Part shown: piece by piece, positions 25,446 through 38,750 of the stretch
Layout: the number at the start of each line of letters is the position of its first letter
How positions within the stretch are numbered: the first letter of the stretch is position 1
Assembly (NCBI RefSeq): GCF_963921235.1
Contig: NC_086109.1
Location: 15,874,001 to 15,938,000 of the forward strand
DNA: 64,000 nucleotides
Direction: 5' to 3'
Origin: Mobula hypostoma
Lineage: Eukaryota
Made by a program: the position numbers and the translations under genes
Notes under the pieces: generated by a model
Databases searched by the model: none
Told to the model about the DNA's origin: nothing
What the model saw: only the letters and a program-made list of their open reading frames with translations

Positions 25446-28400
25446 GAAACATAGAAACATAGAAAATAGGTGCAGGAGTAGGCCATTCGGCCCTTCGAGC
25501 CTGCACCGCCATTTATTATGATCATGGCTGATCATCCAACTCAGAACCCCGCCCCAGCCTTCCCTCCATACCCCCTGATCCCCGTAGCCACAAGGGCCAT
25601 ATCTAACTCCCTCTTAAATATAGCCAATGAACTGGCCTCAACTGTTTCCTGTGGCAGAGAATTCCACAGATTCACCACTCTCTGTGTGAAGAAGTTTTTC
25701 CTAATCTCGGTCCTAAAAGGCTTCCCCTTTATCCTCAAACTGTGACCCCTTGTTCTGAACTTCCCCAACATCGGGAACAATCTTCCTGCATCTAGCCTGT
25801 CCAATCCCTTTAGGATTTTATACGTTTCAATCAGATCCCCCCTCAATCTTCTAAATTCCAACGAGTACAAGCCCAGTTCATTCAGTCTTTCTTCATATGA
25901 AAGTCCTGCCATCCCAGGAATCAATCTGGTGAACCTTCTTTGTACTCCCTCTATGGCAAGGATGTCTTTCCTCAGATTAGGTGACCAAAACTGCACACAA
26001 TACTCCAGGTGTGGTCTCACCAAGGCCTTGTACAACTGCAGTAGTACCTCCCTGCTCCTGTACTCGAATCCTCTCGCTATAAATGCCAGCATACCATTCG
26101 CCTTTTTCACCGCCTGCTGTACCTGCATGCCCACTTTCAATGACTGGTGTATAATGACACCCAGGTCTCGTTGCACCTCCCCTTTTCCTAATCGGCCACC
26201 ATTCAGATAATAATCTGCTTTCCTATTTTTGCCACCAAAGTGGATAACTTCACATTTATCCACATTAAATTGCATCTGCCATGAGTTTGCCCACTCACCC
26301 AACCTATCCAAGTCACCCTGCATCCTCTTAGCATCCTCCTCACTGCTAACTCTGCCACCCAGCTTCGTGTCATCCGCAAACTTGGAGATGCTGCATTTAA
26401 TTCCCTCATCCAAGTCATTAATATATATTGTAAACAACTGGGGTCCCAGCACTGAGCTTTGCGGTACCCCACTAGTCACCGCCTGCCATTCTGAAAAGGT
26501 CCCGTTTATTCCCACTCTCTGCTTCCTGTCTGCTAACCAATTCTCCATCCACATCAATACCTTACCCCCAATACCGTGTGCTTTAAGTTTGCACACTAAT
26601 CTCCTGTGTGGGACCTTGTCAAAAGCCTTTTGAAAATCCAAATATACCACATCCACTGGTTCTCCCCTATCCACTCTACTAGTTACATCCTCAAAAAATT
26701 CTATGAGATTCGTCAGACATGATTTTCCTTTCACAAATCCATGCTGACTTTGTCCGATGATTTCACCGCTTTCCAAATGTGCTGTTATCACATCTTTGAT
26801 AACTGACTCCAGCAGTTTCCGCACCACCGACGTTAGGCTAACCGGTCTATAATTCCCTGGTTTCTCTCTCCCTCCTTTTTTAAAAAGTGGGGTTACATTA
26901 GCCACCCTCCAATCCTCAGGAACTAGTCCAGAATCTAACGAGTTTTGAAAAATTATCGCTAATGCATCCACTATTTCTTGGGCTACTTCCTTAAGCACTC
27001 TAGGATGCAGACCATCTGGCCCTGGGGATTTATCTGCCTTCAGTCCTTCAATTTACCTAACACCACTTCCCTACTAACATGTATTTCGCTCAGTTCCTCC
27101 ATCTCACTGGACCCTCTGTCCCCTACTATTTCTGGAAGATTATTTATGTCCTCCTTAGTGAAGACAGAACCAAAGTAATTATTCAATTAGTCTGCCATGT
27201 CCTTGCTCCCCATAATCAATTCACCTGTTTCTGTCTGCAGGGGACCTACATTTGTCTTTACCAGTCTTTTCCTTTTACATATCTATAAAAGCTTTTACAG
27301 TCAGTTTTTATGTTCCCTGCCAGTTTTCTCTCATAATCTTTTTTCCCCTTCCTAATTAAGCCCTTTGTCCTCCTCTGCTGAACTCTGAATTTCTCCCAGT
27401 CCTCAGGTGAGCCACTTTCTCTGGCTAATTTGTATGCTTCTTCTTTGGAATTGATACTATCCCTAAATTCTCTTGTCAGCCACGGGTGCACTACCTTCCT
27501 TGAATTATTCTTCTGCCAACTGGGATGAATAATTGTTGTAGTTCATCCATGCAACCTTTAAATGCTTGCCATTGCATATCCACCGTCAATCCTTTAAGTG
27601 TCATTTGCCAGTCTATCTTAGCTAATTCACTTCTCATACCTTCAAAGTTACCCCTCTTTAAGTTCAGAACCTTTGTTTCTGAATTAACTATGTCACTCTC
27701 CATCTTAATGAAGAATTCCACCATATTATGGTCACTCTTACCCAAGGGGCCTCTCACGACAAGATTGCTAATTAACCCTTCCTCATTGCTCAAAACCCAG
27801 TCCAGAATAGCCTGCTCTCTAGTTGGTTCCTCGACATGTTGGTTCAAAAAACCATCCCGCATACATTCCAAGAAATCCTCTTCCTCAGCACCTTTACCAA
27901 TCTGGTTCACCCAATCTACATGTAGATTGAAGTCACCCATTATAACTGCTGTTCCTTTATTGCACACATTTCTAATTTCCTGTTTAATACCATCTTCGAC
28001 CTCACTACTACTGTTAGGTGGCCTGTACACAACTCCCACCAGCGTCTTCTGCCCCTTAGTGTTACACAGCTCTACCCATATCGATTCCACATCTTCCCGG
28101 CTTATGTCCTTCCTTTCTATTGCGTTAATCTCTTCTTTAACCAGCAACGCCACCCCACTTCCCCTTCCTTCATGTCTATCCCTCCTGAATATTGAATATC
28201 TCTGAACGTTGAGCTCCCATCCTTGGTCACCCTGGAGCCATATCTCTGTGATCCCAACTATATCATAATCATTAATAACAATCTGCACTTTCAATTCATC
28301 CACCTTATTACGAATGCTCCTTGCATTGACACACAAAGCCTTCAGGCGCTCTTTTACAACTCTCTTAGCCCTTATACAATTATGTTGAAAAGTGGCCCTT

Positions 28401-28668
28401 TTTAATGCTTGCCCTGGATTTGTCAGCCTGCCACTTTCACTTTTCTCCTTAGTACTTTTTGCTTCTACCCTCACTTTACACCCCTCTGTCTCTCTGCACT
28501 GGTTCCCATCCCCCTGTTGTGAACTAACCTCCTCACACCTAGCCTCTTTAATTTGATTCCCACCCCCCAACCATTCTAGTTTAAAGTCACCTCAGTAGCC
28601 CTCGCTAATCTCCCTGCCAGGATATTGGTCCCCCTAGGATTCAAGTGTAACCCGTCCTTTTTGTACAG
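25446..28668 (-). mobile_element. Young 5'-truncated CR1 LINE with ORF1 end and complete ORF2
   Basis: ORF1 SGNH-esterase C-terminus (DGLHLNPRGTNIL); APE endonuclease (NARSIRNK, GITEIW, YRPP, MGDFN, SDHN); RT (YLDFQKAFD, FADD); (TTTCTATG)n tail; inserted into an older plus-strand CR1 (25315-25445 / 28669-28860). Confidence 0.95.
25541..28570 (-). pseudogene. CR1 ORF2 (endonuclease plus reverse transcriptase) with two frameshifts
   Basis: ORFs 27491-28570, 27258-27491 and 25541-26998 are colinear; frameshifts near 27515 and 27270. Confidence 0.9.
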
Positions 28669-31295
28669 GAAAGGTGAAACATTTAAGGGGAACCTGAGGG
28701 GGAATTTTTCACTCAGTGGGTGGTACGCATGTGGAATGAGCTGCAAGGAAAATGGTGGATTTCAACATTTAAGATAAATTTGGATAAGTACATGGATAGG
28801 AGGGAGATGGTGGGCTATGGTCCAGGTGCAGTTTGACAGGAATAGGCAGATTAATAGTTCAATTAATGAATAGTTCGTGAGAAGCGCAGCGGAACGTCTG
28901 GAGTAACTTCTGAAATGCCTGCTTTGCTGCCGCTGCTACTGTGTGATCGAGAGTCTCCGGAGACGAAGGCCCCAAATCCTCAGCTTTGCGTACCGCCTGT
29001 TGCCAGGGCCAGGGTTGAAATGCTCGGCAGAGCGCTCGGTGTCGAAGAGGTGGTTGGAGGCTTGGAGTTTTCGGATGGACTTGGAGTCGGACTGTGGTCG
29101 GATGCTTCCTGGATGCTGCATCGGCAAGCTGGCGGTGCTGGAGGTTTACCCTCTGCGTGAGATGATGGGACTTTCGAGAGACTTTGAGACTTTTACTGTG
29201 CCATGGTCTGTTCTTATCAAATTACAGTATTGCTTTGCACTGTTGTAACTATACATTATAATTATGTGGTTTTTGTTAGTTTTTAAGTCGGTTTGTCATG
29301 TGTTTTCGTGATAGCATTCTGGAAAAACATTTTATCATTTCTTAACGCATGCATTACTAAATGACAATAAAAGGGGACTGCGTGTCCTCATAATCAAAAT
29401 CATTTCCTCCTTCCTTTCCCATCTCTCTGTCCCAACCAGTGACTTCTTATTCCTCTTCAAGGCTAGTTTGGATAACATGCTAAAAGGGCAGACATTGTTA
29501 ATATAATGAAGATGATGTACTATCAATCACCAACACCAATGAAGAAAATCTTGGATTATTATTGTTCAAGTGACTACCCAATCTATTGTAAAACTCAGTG
29601 GAAGGGCATCTTAATTTGCATAAGGAGATTATTACTTTTCTTAAAAGTAAATACAAATGGATTGTAGCCAGTCAGTGAAAAATTGCAACAATTATAAAGA
29701 CAAGGGAACCTGATCATATCACAGAAATTGGGTTGTTCTCAGTTATGGTACAGTATAGTTTTACAGTTTTGTCAGATCTGCAATAATATGCATTATGGCC
29801 TGGAATGGAAACGCCAAGGACCAAGAATAGAAAGGCCTACAGAAAGTAGTGGATGTACTGCTCGGTTCATCACAGAAAAAAGCCCTCTCCACCATTGAGA
29901 ACATCCACAAGGAGCTCTGTTACAAGAGAGCAGCAGCCTTAATGAAGGGCCTCCAGCATACAGGCCAAGCTCTCTTCTCGCAGCTACCATTGGGAAAGAT
30001 ATACAGGAGCATTAGGTCCCACACCACCAGGATCAGGACCTCCTATTACCCTTCAATCATCAGGCTCCTGAACCAGCGTAACTTCACTCACCTCAACACT
30101 GAACGGACTCCACAACCTACAGACTCACTTTCAAGGAACCTACAATGCATGTTCTCAATATTACTTATTATTTTATTCATTTGTATATGCACAGTTTCTC
30201 TTCTTTTTACTTTGGTTGTTTGTCTAAATGTGCTGAACTGAGGCTTAGGCTGTGGGCTTGCTCTCGCTTCGTCTCTGTGGACTCACTTTAGTTCTAAATG
30301 CTATTTGCTTAATTTTATTGTTTGCACGGTGTTTCTCTCTCTCTCTCTCTCTCCCTCCCTCCCTCCCTCTCCCTCTCCCTCCCTCCACTGGGTGTTTACC
30401 ATTCTTTTTTAAGGGGTTCTTTCGGGTTTCTTGTTTTGTGGCTGCCCAAAGGGAGACAAATCTCAAGGTTGTACAATGTATACATACTTTGATGATAAAT
30501 GTACTTTGACTTTGACTTGTTTGTGTGTAATTTTTCATTGATTATTTTGTGTTTCTTTGCACCTACTGTGAATGGTTGCAAGAAAATGAATTCCAGGGTA
30601 GCATATGGTGACATATACTTCAATAAAAATTTGCTTTGAACTTTGAACTTGAGCAATGTGACTGAAGCTGCAATAATTACTGAAGAAGGGTGGACTTGGA
30701 ATTAGGGCAAAGGACAACAACATACATACATTATGGAAGAAAAGTCATAGATCTATGTTAGATCATGTTGAAGCAGCAATTACTCTGAATCTTGGTGAGA
30801 TGCCATGAATTATAGAGTAGGAGTTGTGATTAACCATGCAAAGGATAATAGACATGAGGAACAAATGGTGCTAGCATCGTACCTGGTGGCGTGAGGAGAG
30901 TTGTGTTTGGATTGAGAAGGAGGCATTAGGAATTGATCTTGAGGTGAAAATGCTCTGTCACTTATTATCGGGATTGACCCTTACTTTGCCCACAGTTGTT
31001 GGCAATTCTTGATCCTAAATTAGCAATGTCCTCATTAGCTGTTTCACGAGTGCAAAGTCGGGGCACTGTCTTATTGCATTATGAATATATGATCGCATGT
31101 TTATGTTTGAAACAAAAATGACTGCAGGTGCATTATCAGAGTTACCACATCAGGATTCAGACAAGATATGTGATGTCCATATTAAAAATAGAAGGTGATG
31201 ACTTTCTGGTTACAGCTGAAATGACGCATTAAAATATTAAGTATCCAGAACCTAGAACAGTACAGCTCAGGATCAGGCTTTTCGACCTATAATGC

Positions 31296-31590
31296 TGTTT
31301 GTTTGTTTATTTATTTATTTATTGAGATACAGCACAGAATAGGCCCTTCCGACCCTTCAAGCCATGCCACCTAGTGATCCCTCGGTTTAATCCTAGCATA
31401 AATTACAATGACCAATTAGCCCACCAACCGGTACATTTTCGGACTGTGAGCAGAAACTGGAGCACCCGGAGGAAGCCCAAGTGCTCATTGGGAGAACGTA
31501 CAAACTGCCCACAGGCAGTGACGGGAATTGAACCCAGATCGCTGGTACTGTAAAGCATTGTGCTAATCACTACGCTACCGTGGTGGCTAG
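31296..31590 (-). mobile_element. HE1-like V-SINE (tRNA head, V domain, CR1-like tail)
   Basis: A box, B box GGTTCAATTCC, V-domain GTTTGTACGTTCTCCC...CCTCCGGGTGCTCC, tail (TAAA)n. Confidence 0.8.
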
Positions 31591-31859
31591 TGCTAAAGGT
31601 GCCTAATTCCTTCTACCTGCTCACAATACTTATCCCTCCATTCTCTGCATCATCAAAGGGCATCTTAAATGCCTCTACTATCACCACTGGCAGCCTATTC
31701 TTGGCACACTCTGCTCACTGCAAAAAGAACTTGTCCTGAACTTCTCCTTTTAACATTCCTCCTCTCATCTTACATGCATGCTTTTTAGTATTGGACATTT
31801 TGACCCTGGGGAGAAAGAGATCTGCTTTGTACTCTAAAACTTCCCCTTATAAGGAGCTA

Positions 31860-32075
31860 TTATGCTATTACAATGCCAGTGACCCAGGTTCAATTCTACC
31901 GCTGTCTCTAGGGAGCCTGTACATTCTCCCTGTGACCATGTGGGTTTCCGCCTGGTGCTGCAGCACCATCTCACATTCCATCCCAAAGACGTATGGGTTA
32001 ATCGGTTAATTGGTCACTTGGGCCTAATTGAGTTGTTGGGCCAAAAGGGGCTGCTACTGTGCAGTATCTGTAACT
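31860..32075 (+). mobile_element. HE1-like V-SINE, decayed
   Basis: B box GGTTCAATTC and V-domain similarity to 31296-31590. Confidence 0.7.
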
Positions 32076-32159
32076 TTAGAATATAACTTTGCAAACTTCT
32101 ATCTGGTCAGCCTTTGCCACTCTAGAGAAAACAAACCTCATTCCAAATTCTCCTTCTAG

Positions 32160-32792
32160 TTGGCATCTGCCCTCTAGTTGGCCTCTGTTGGTCGAGGTCA
32201 ATCATGGACGTTGTGTCCTAGCTGTCTATGTTATCGATACACAAGGCAGTGCGCAAGCCAGGCCAGTACAATATGGAGAGTAGGCTGTTGCCCATGTTGC
32301 AGGCTCCCCCTCTCTCGTGCAGCTGTTGAATTCAAAGGAACGGCAGACACCAATACAGTTTGGCACCAGCAGCATCACAGGAGGCACCAGTCAACGTTGA
32401 GCTCAACAAAGGATTGCTTTAGGGACTTCAGCTCCAGATTTTCCCTCGGGTTTACTCCTGAAACCTTCCCCATGAGTGGATGCAGCTGCAAGGCAGCAGA
32501 TGTTTGAGGTCAGAGTTTTCTTTCTCCTGTTTGAGCTGTCAGCCACGGTTGACAAGAACCATCTGCCCGAAACGTCTGTTTTTAAGGCGCCAGTAACCAC
32601 GTTTGCTTCTTCCCCTGTCAGTAGAAACAGTTCCACCAGGCTTAGTAACTAAGCCACACATGAAGGCCAGGGGCTGGGCTTGGTTGTCAGAGGCTATTTG
32701 AGATGCTCACCACTGGGAGCATTTAATGGGTGGTGGGAGCTTATCCCCACAACATCACCCACTCTCCTCCACAAGCCATGACAACCTTAAGG
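32160..32792 (-). mobile_element. RTE-like LINE 5' UTR / RTE-derived short element
   Basis: Minus strand AGGAGAAAGAAAACTCTGACCTCAAAC...GGAGTAAACCCGAGGG resembles RTE 5' UTRs (recognition from memory, unverified). Confidence 0.5.
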
Positions 32793-33734
32793 AACTATCT
32801 GCCCTCTATCTATATGAGAAAAAAACATTAAAATGAGGGATTGAAACAGTTAAATACCAGATATACCATTATAATGTTCAGAAGACAATTGGACAGGTCC
32901 CCAGATAGGAATGAAATAGAAGGATATAGGTTAAATGTAGGCAAATAGGATTAGTCAGATCGGTGTCACGGTCAGTATGGACTTGTTGGGCCAAAGGGCA
33001 CTTTTCTGAACTACACAACTCTGTGACTCCATGAGGATTGCAACCAACAATATGAATTATCTGTGTTAAATGGGGACATTGTTGTCAGGTGCATTGGGAA
33101 GACATATATTGAGAACATCACACTAAACAATATGCATGAAGGCATCAGCTCGAAAAATTGCTTATTTCCCTGGATTAGACAAACTGCTGAGCGGCAAATG
33201 CGATACTTGTCAAGATCGCAAAGCCAAGAAATTGAATGTACCTGTACTAAGCTGGAAATGGCCAATGGCACATTTCCGGAGAATATGCACCAGTTCTAGT
33301 TAGGAAGGAATTGACAAAGTTTAGGTGCTGTCGCTCAAGATGGATCAAGCTGAAATATACAGATACATGAGGGATATTTAAGAGATTCTTAGATAGACAC
33401 AAGAGAGTCTGCAAATGCTGGAAATCCACACACAAAATGCTGGATGAAAGCAGGTCAGGCAGCATTTATAGAAAAGAGTATACAGTCAACATTTCAGGCT
33501 GAGACCCTTCGTCAGGACAGTTCCTTCTGCATAGATGCTGCATGACCTGCTGAGTACCTCCAGCATTTTGCGTCTGTTTTTAGATAGGCACCATGGATGT
33601 CAAAAAATGGAGGGCTGTGTGGGAGGGATGGGTTAGATTGATCTTGGAATAGATAAAAGGTCAACACAAGATCTTGGGCCAAAGGGCCTGTGGTGTGATG
33701 TAGGGTTCTATGCACTATGTAAAGAATGTAAATG

Positions 33735-35870
33735 TGTAACATCCATTGAGAGTCCTTGACGAGGATGGCTTGGACCCAAATGCTGGATTATCTGAGGCAA
33801 GGATCGAGGTGCAGTTTCAAACTGGATCGAGAATCTGAGCACGAAACAAACACTAGATGAAATCATGAGTAGGCTTACGATTGAGCACTGAACTTCAGTT
33901 CAGGTGCTCCTTAAGTACTGAGTCCTCAACACCCAAAGCATGATTGCCAATTAGCGGGACTGTCCTGAATCTTTAGAGAGGCTGCACCAGCTATCCATAC
34001 TCTGGGAAGATGGAGCGTATAAACCCCGGAAGCTGGTATGGATGGTTGCGTGTCGTAACAGGCCCCCTCCTCTATGGCCGATTCCTGAAGGCCCTGGCTA
34101 CTCAGAGAGACAGTGATTGTTGTCATGGATGAGAGCATCCAGCACCTTTCCTCCAGTCCAAATCCTTCCCAGTCCATGAGATATTGCTGAACACCTGGTA
34201 CAGTACGTGGGTCCAAAATTCTTCTCACAGTGAAAACCTGCTCCCCATCTACAAACCTGGGTGGTGGCAGGGCTGCTGGTGGTGAGGCTAATGGGCTGGT
34301 GTTCACAGGCTTTAACTTGGAAACATGGAAAGTGGGATTGATCTTGAGGGTCTTGAGGAGTGCAAGGTGTAGGTTTACTTTCCTGCAAATCCTGAAGGGT
34401 CCAATGAGCTTGGACTCCACTTGGAGAGGCAAATCCTGAGTTGACAGCTAGATCTGTTGCCCAGGCTGCAAAACTGGTCCCAGTCTTCTCTTGCGGTTAG
34501 CCTTTACTTCAGCCTTCTGGGTAGAAGCTAACAAAATCTCCTTTGCCCTAGTCCATCTCTCCTTGCAGCATTGGATGAGATCTTCAGCGGCAGGAACCCT
34601 AACCTCTGCTTCCTGCTCAGGGAAGAGTGGTGGAGAACATCCAAATTGGCATTAGAAAGGAGGCGTCCCATGTACTGAATGCCATAAAGTGCTGTGGGCA
34701 ACCTCTGTCCACATCAAGTGGTCACTCCGCTCATTCATTCAGAGGCTGGGCATCTGAGGGTATCTTTCCACATCTTGGTTCACCCACTCTGTCTGGCCGT
34801 TGGACTGTGGGTGAAACCCAGAGGAAAGACGCTGTTGCCCCAATCAGTTTGCAAAACATCCTCCAGAAGCGTGGTGCAAATTGTGGACCACGATCTAACA
34901 CAATATTTACTGGAAAACCGTGGATCTTGAAAACCTGCTACAGATGGAAGTCTGTCCAAGGTGATGAATTTGCAGGCCTTCAACACACGATCCACAATTA
35001 CCATGACAATAGTCTTGCCCTTGGAAAACCTATGACAAAGTCCATGGAGATGTGCGCCCATGGTCTGTCTGGAACAGGCAGAGGGTGAAGGAGCCCTTCG
35101 GGTCAGACACACCAGACGCACACCAGTATGTATTGACAGATGTCCCTCGACATTCAGGGCACCAATATCTTCTCTTAATGAACTCGAGGGTCCTGGCAAT
35201 CCCTGGGTGAGATGTCAATCTCAATGCATGTCCCCACTGAAGAGCCTGTGACTGGACGGGAGGGACTAGGAATGAACAGCCAACCTGAAGGGCCGTTCTG
35301 AGGAATCTTCCCTTACACCTGGACCTTGTCGATCCCCCAATAACTTTGGCTTGGAGCAAAATGGTGGTAGGCTATTTTTCTCGTTCAGGTTGATCGAACT
35401 GATGGGACAAGGCATCTGGCTTCTGGTTCTTAGATCCTGGTCAATAGGTCAGGATGAAATTAAAACGGTTAAAGTAAAGAGACTACTTGGCCTTCCTAGA
35501 ATTCAGTCTCCTGGTTTCCTGAATGTAAGCCAGGTTCTTGTGGTCCATCCATATGGTAAAAGGGTTCTTGGCTCCTTCAAATCAGTGATGCCATTCCCTC
35601 AGAGCCAGAAGCTCTTGATTCCCAATGTCATAATTCACCTGAAAAAGAATGCACACTGATGAAGTTTATTGTCCAAAGGTGTTCATTGAGACAGCACTGT
35701 ATTCACTCCGATATCCAAGGCATCTACTTTCATGCTGAAGGGAAGGTCCGGGTTGGGTGCAACGAAAATGGGAGCTGCCTTTAACTGCTGTTTGAGCTCT
35801 GTGAAAGCAGCCTCCGGCTTGGTAGTTCAAACAATAGGACCTGTTGATCTCTTGGTTAACTTCAGTCACC
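33735..35870 (-). mobile_element. Chromoviral (Sushi-like) Gypsy remnant with 3' LTR
   Basis: RNase H remnant, integrase (H..LTSHPGIARTLEFIKRRYW; IMVIVDR), GPF-like motif (LIGPFRI), chromodomain (FTVRRILD...QYLMDWEGFGLEERCW); PPT AGAGGAGGGGGCC then LTR 34060-33735 with TG...CA ends. Confidence 0.85.
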
Positions 35871-37904
35871 ATTATTCTGAACTAATTTCATGAGCTACTA
35901 ACTCATTTTCAAGGAACCTTTACAGCTTAACGTCTCCTGGTCTTCATGATTCTTTATACCCTTGCCAATGCATAAGATTAGGTGAAGACCCACACATACC
36001 CCGTAGTGAAGGGGTGAGGAAGTGAATGTATAGAATGGAGGTTGCAGTGGAGTGAGAGGCATTATGGAGTTCAGTTTTTGAGGAATTATGACACAATAAT
36101 TATTGTGGGGGGTGCCTGCTGGGGAAAATTACCTTTTCAGAACATGGAAAATATACAGAGCTATTGGTGAAGAGTGGAGATGAATTATGTGATCGATGGT
36201 GTAGAAATTTAGTGTTCGATTTGAATGTTCTCACTCTGGTGAAGGATTAAGCAATGATTTGTGATTGTTAACCCTACATATCTCACAGCAAATGATCTAG
36301 AGATTGTTTTTTTCTAAATGCAGCAAATGTATTCATAAACAGAAGAGATTCTGCAGATGCTGGAAATCTAGAGTAACAAACAAAATATGCTGGAGGGACT
36401 CAGCAGATCAGGCAGAATCAATGGAAAAGAATAAAGAGTCGATGGTTTTGGGCTGAGGCTCTTCATCGGGACTGGAAAGGAAAGGGGAAGAAGGCAGAAT
36501 AAGAAAGTGGGAGAAGGGAAAGAGTACAAGCTAGAAGGTGATAGGTGAGGCTAGTTAAGGGGGGAAAGTTGGTGGGTGAGGGATGGAGTATGAAATGAGA
36601 ATCTAGAAGGTGATCGGTGGAAAATGTAAAAGGCTGATAGAAGAGCAATGTGTACTATTGGAGAATATGTTCATAATTAACTTGGATTCCACATGAATTA
36701 TCAGGTCACTAAGTTTTGAACCTGTCATTCCAACAACTTTAAGGACAGAGGAAATTCATTCCTCACCATGCTATGCCAGCCATCTTCTCAGATTTTACTA
36801 TATATTCTTTGTTGCAAAGCCTCTGCGGTTTGCTGTCATGCTTGCTTGTTCTCTCCCAAATTCTGAGAATTCCGAATTTTTTTTGTCAGCCAGCAAGAAA
36901 TGATTTTATGGGCGGTATTGATTTTTCTTCAATTGCAGCTTTGTAATATTCTGCCTCGGTTGTGCTTTCAATTGAGAGTATGGATATAGGAAACTTAGAT
37001 AGCGCTTTGACATTGTGCCATTGAACCGAGTTGACCTCTTCCATTAAGGACCCAATTGACCATTGTGAACCATTACCTTCATTTCGAAGTGTCTTCCCTG
37101 CCTACTTGAAGATGGTGTTTCATTCAGGGGAACAGACCCAAGTGGTGTGTTACCCACTATTTTAGTGGTGGTGTAGATCTTCCTTTCTGATAAATATGTG
37201 TGAGCAAGCTATTGAACCTGTTCGCTCTGGCTGACCTCTGAAGTGATTTGACAGCCATACTTGCATTGCGAATTTCCTTGCACCCTTTCTACACCTCTTG
37301 ATTTTCAGCTGCAAATATGTCTGACATCATTCAGCTAAAAAAATAGCAAGGATTGGGTCTATGCAGATGTGCAGAAAGAAGTGGGGGCCTTAAAAACTTT
37401 TCTGATAGGGGATTGAAGTGTATAAAGACTGGACATAATAATGGAGAGTTTTGACTGAAAATGCTGACAATTCATTTTCCCCTCACAGATGTTGCTTAAT
37501 CCTCCAGCAGTAGGTCCTAGTTGTCTTAGCATCTTTATGACATGTCTACTTAACTACTGAACCAATAAAAAGACAAAGGACCCTGGGTTCAAATTTCTCT
37601 GTTGGTGCCAATTCAACCTCATTGGAATTGACTGAAACAGGGCTGATTTAAATGATTACTGCATTATGTCAACAATCATTTACAACCAGAATTCCACAAT
37701 CCTTAAGGTTACTTCAAAGGTCGGTTGGGCAGAAGCTGTCCCAGTTTACCAAGATGGTCGGTCTCCTAGGATTGAACAGTGACTTCCTATTGTTTTGGTT
37801 GTACAGGCACCTGTAATCGTAATATACCAGTCTTCCAAGAGTTCCCAGAGTTCAAAAGTTCAAAGATCAAAGTAAATTTATAATCAAAGTAAGTATACAT
37901 CATT

Positions 37905-38750
37905 CTTCTCAACTTCCACCACTTTCAACTGGCTCCTACCACCAAACGCATCTTTGCCTCCCCTCCACTCTCTGCTTTCCACAAGGATTGCTCCGTCCAT
38001 GATTTCCTTATCCATTCAGCTCTCTCTGCTAATCTCCCTCCTGGCAAATACTGTACCTCTGCAAGCAACCAAAATGCTACACCTGCCCGTTTATCCCCTC
38101 CCTTACCTCTATTCAGTGCCCCAGGTGAGCCAACTTGCAAGTCTGTTGTATCAGGTGCTCCCAGTGCGGCCTTTTCTACATTGGTGAAACACGATGTAAA
38201 TCAGGGGACTGCTTTGTTGAGCACCTCCACTCCATCTGCCAAAAGTGAAATTTCCCAGTGGCCAAGCACTTCAGTTCCTATCACATTTCTGTTCCAACAT
38301 GTCAGTCCATGGCCTCCTCTGAGGCCACTCTCAGAGTGGAGAAGCGACACCTCATATTCCATCTGGGTAGCCTCCAACCTGTGGCATGAACATCGATTTT
38401 TCCCTCTGTCCTCACTTTTCTTCTACTCCCCACTCTGAGTTCTTACCTCTTCTCTTCACCTGCCCATCACCTCCCACTGATGCCCCTTTCTATTTCTTTT
38501 CTCCATTGTCCACACTCCTCTCCAATCAGATTCCTTCTGCCCTAGCCCTTTACCTTTCCCACCCACCTGGCTTCACTTATCATCTTCTATCTAGTCCTCC
38601 TTCCCTTCCCCCTACTATTTTATTCCGGCATCTTCCTCCTTCTTTTCCAGTCCTGAAGAAGGGTCTTAGCCTGAAACATTAACTGCTTATTTATTTCCAT
38701 AGTTATGACCTGACCTGCCGAGTTCCTTCACCATTTTGTATGTGTTGATA
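37905..38750 (+). mobile_element. Penelope-like element 3' portion (GIY-YIG endonuclease plus pLTR)
   Basis: RCSQCGLFYIGETRC...F.EHL at about 38153-38230; pyrimidine tract; decayed hammerhead motif CAGUC-CUGAAGA...GAAAC-AUU at 38649-38685. Confidence 0.8.

Larger units (their letters stand above)
23870..33300 (+). mobile_element. Ancient, fragmented Gypsy gag-pol remnant
   Basis: Colinear decayed motifs: gag (NLLTP...LGNHFNPK, about 23970-24110), RT start (DFKTKPWLNV, about 25280), RT DD region (about 29480-29550), RNase H (LLAILDPKLAMSSLAVSRVQ, about 30996-31080), integrase Zn finger (AYFPGLDK..CDTCQ..LSWKWP, about 33150-33280). Confidence 0.6.

Noticed and set aside
27525..28205. 226-aa plus-strand ORF
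   Set aside because: Antisense shadow of the CR1 endonuclease ORF.
30334..30387. (CT)n/(CCCT)n tract
   Set aside because: Ordinary microsatellite within a LINE 3' UTR.
30985..31065. Possible minus-strand second exon ending in CAAA/GTAAGG
   Set aside because: Weak acceptor; the plus strand is better explained as decayed Gypsy RNase H.
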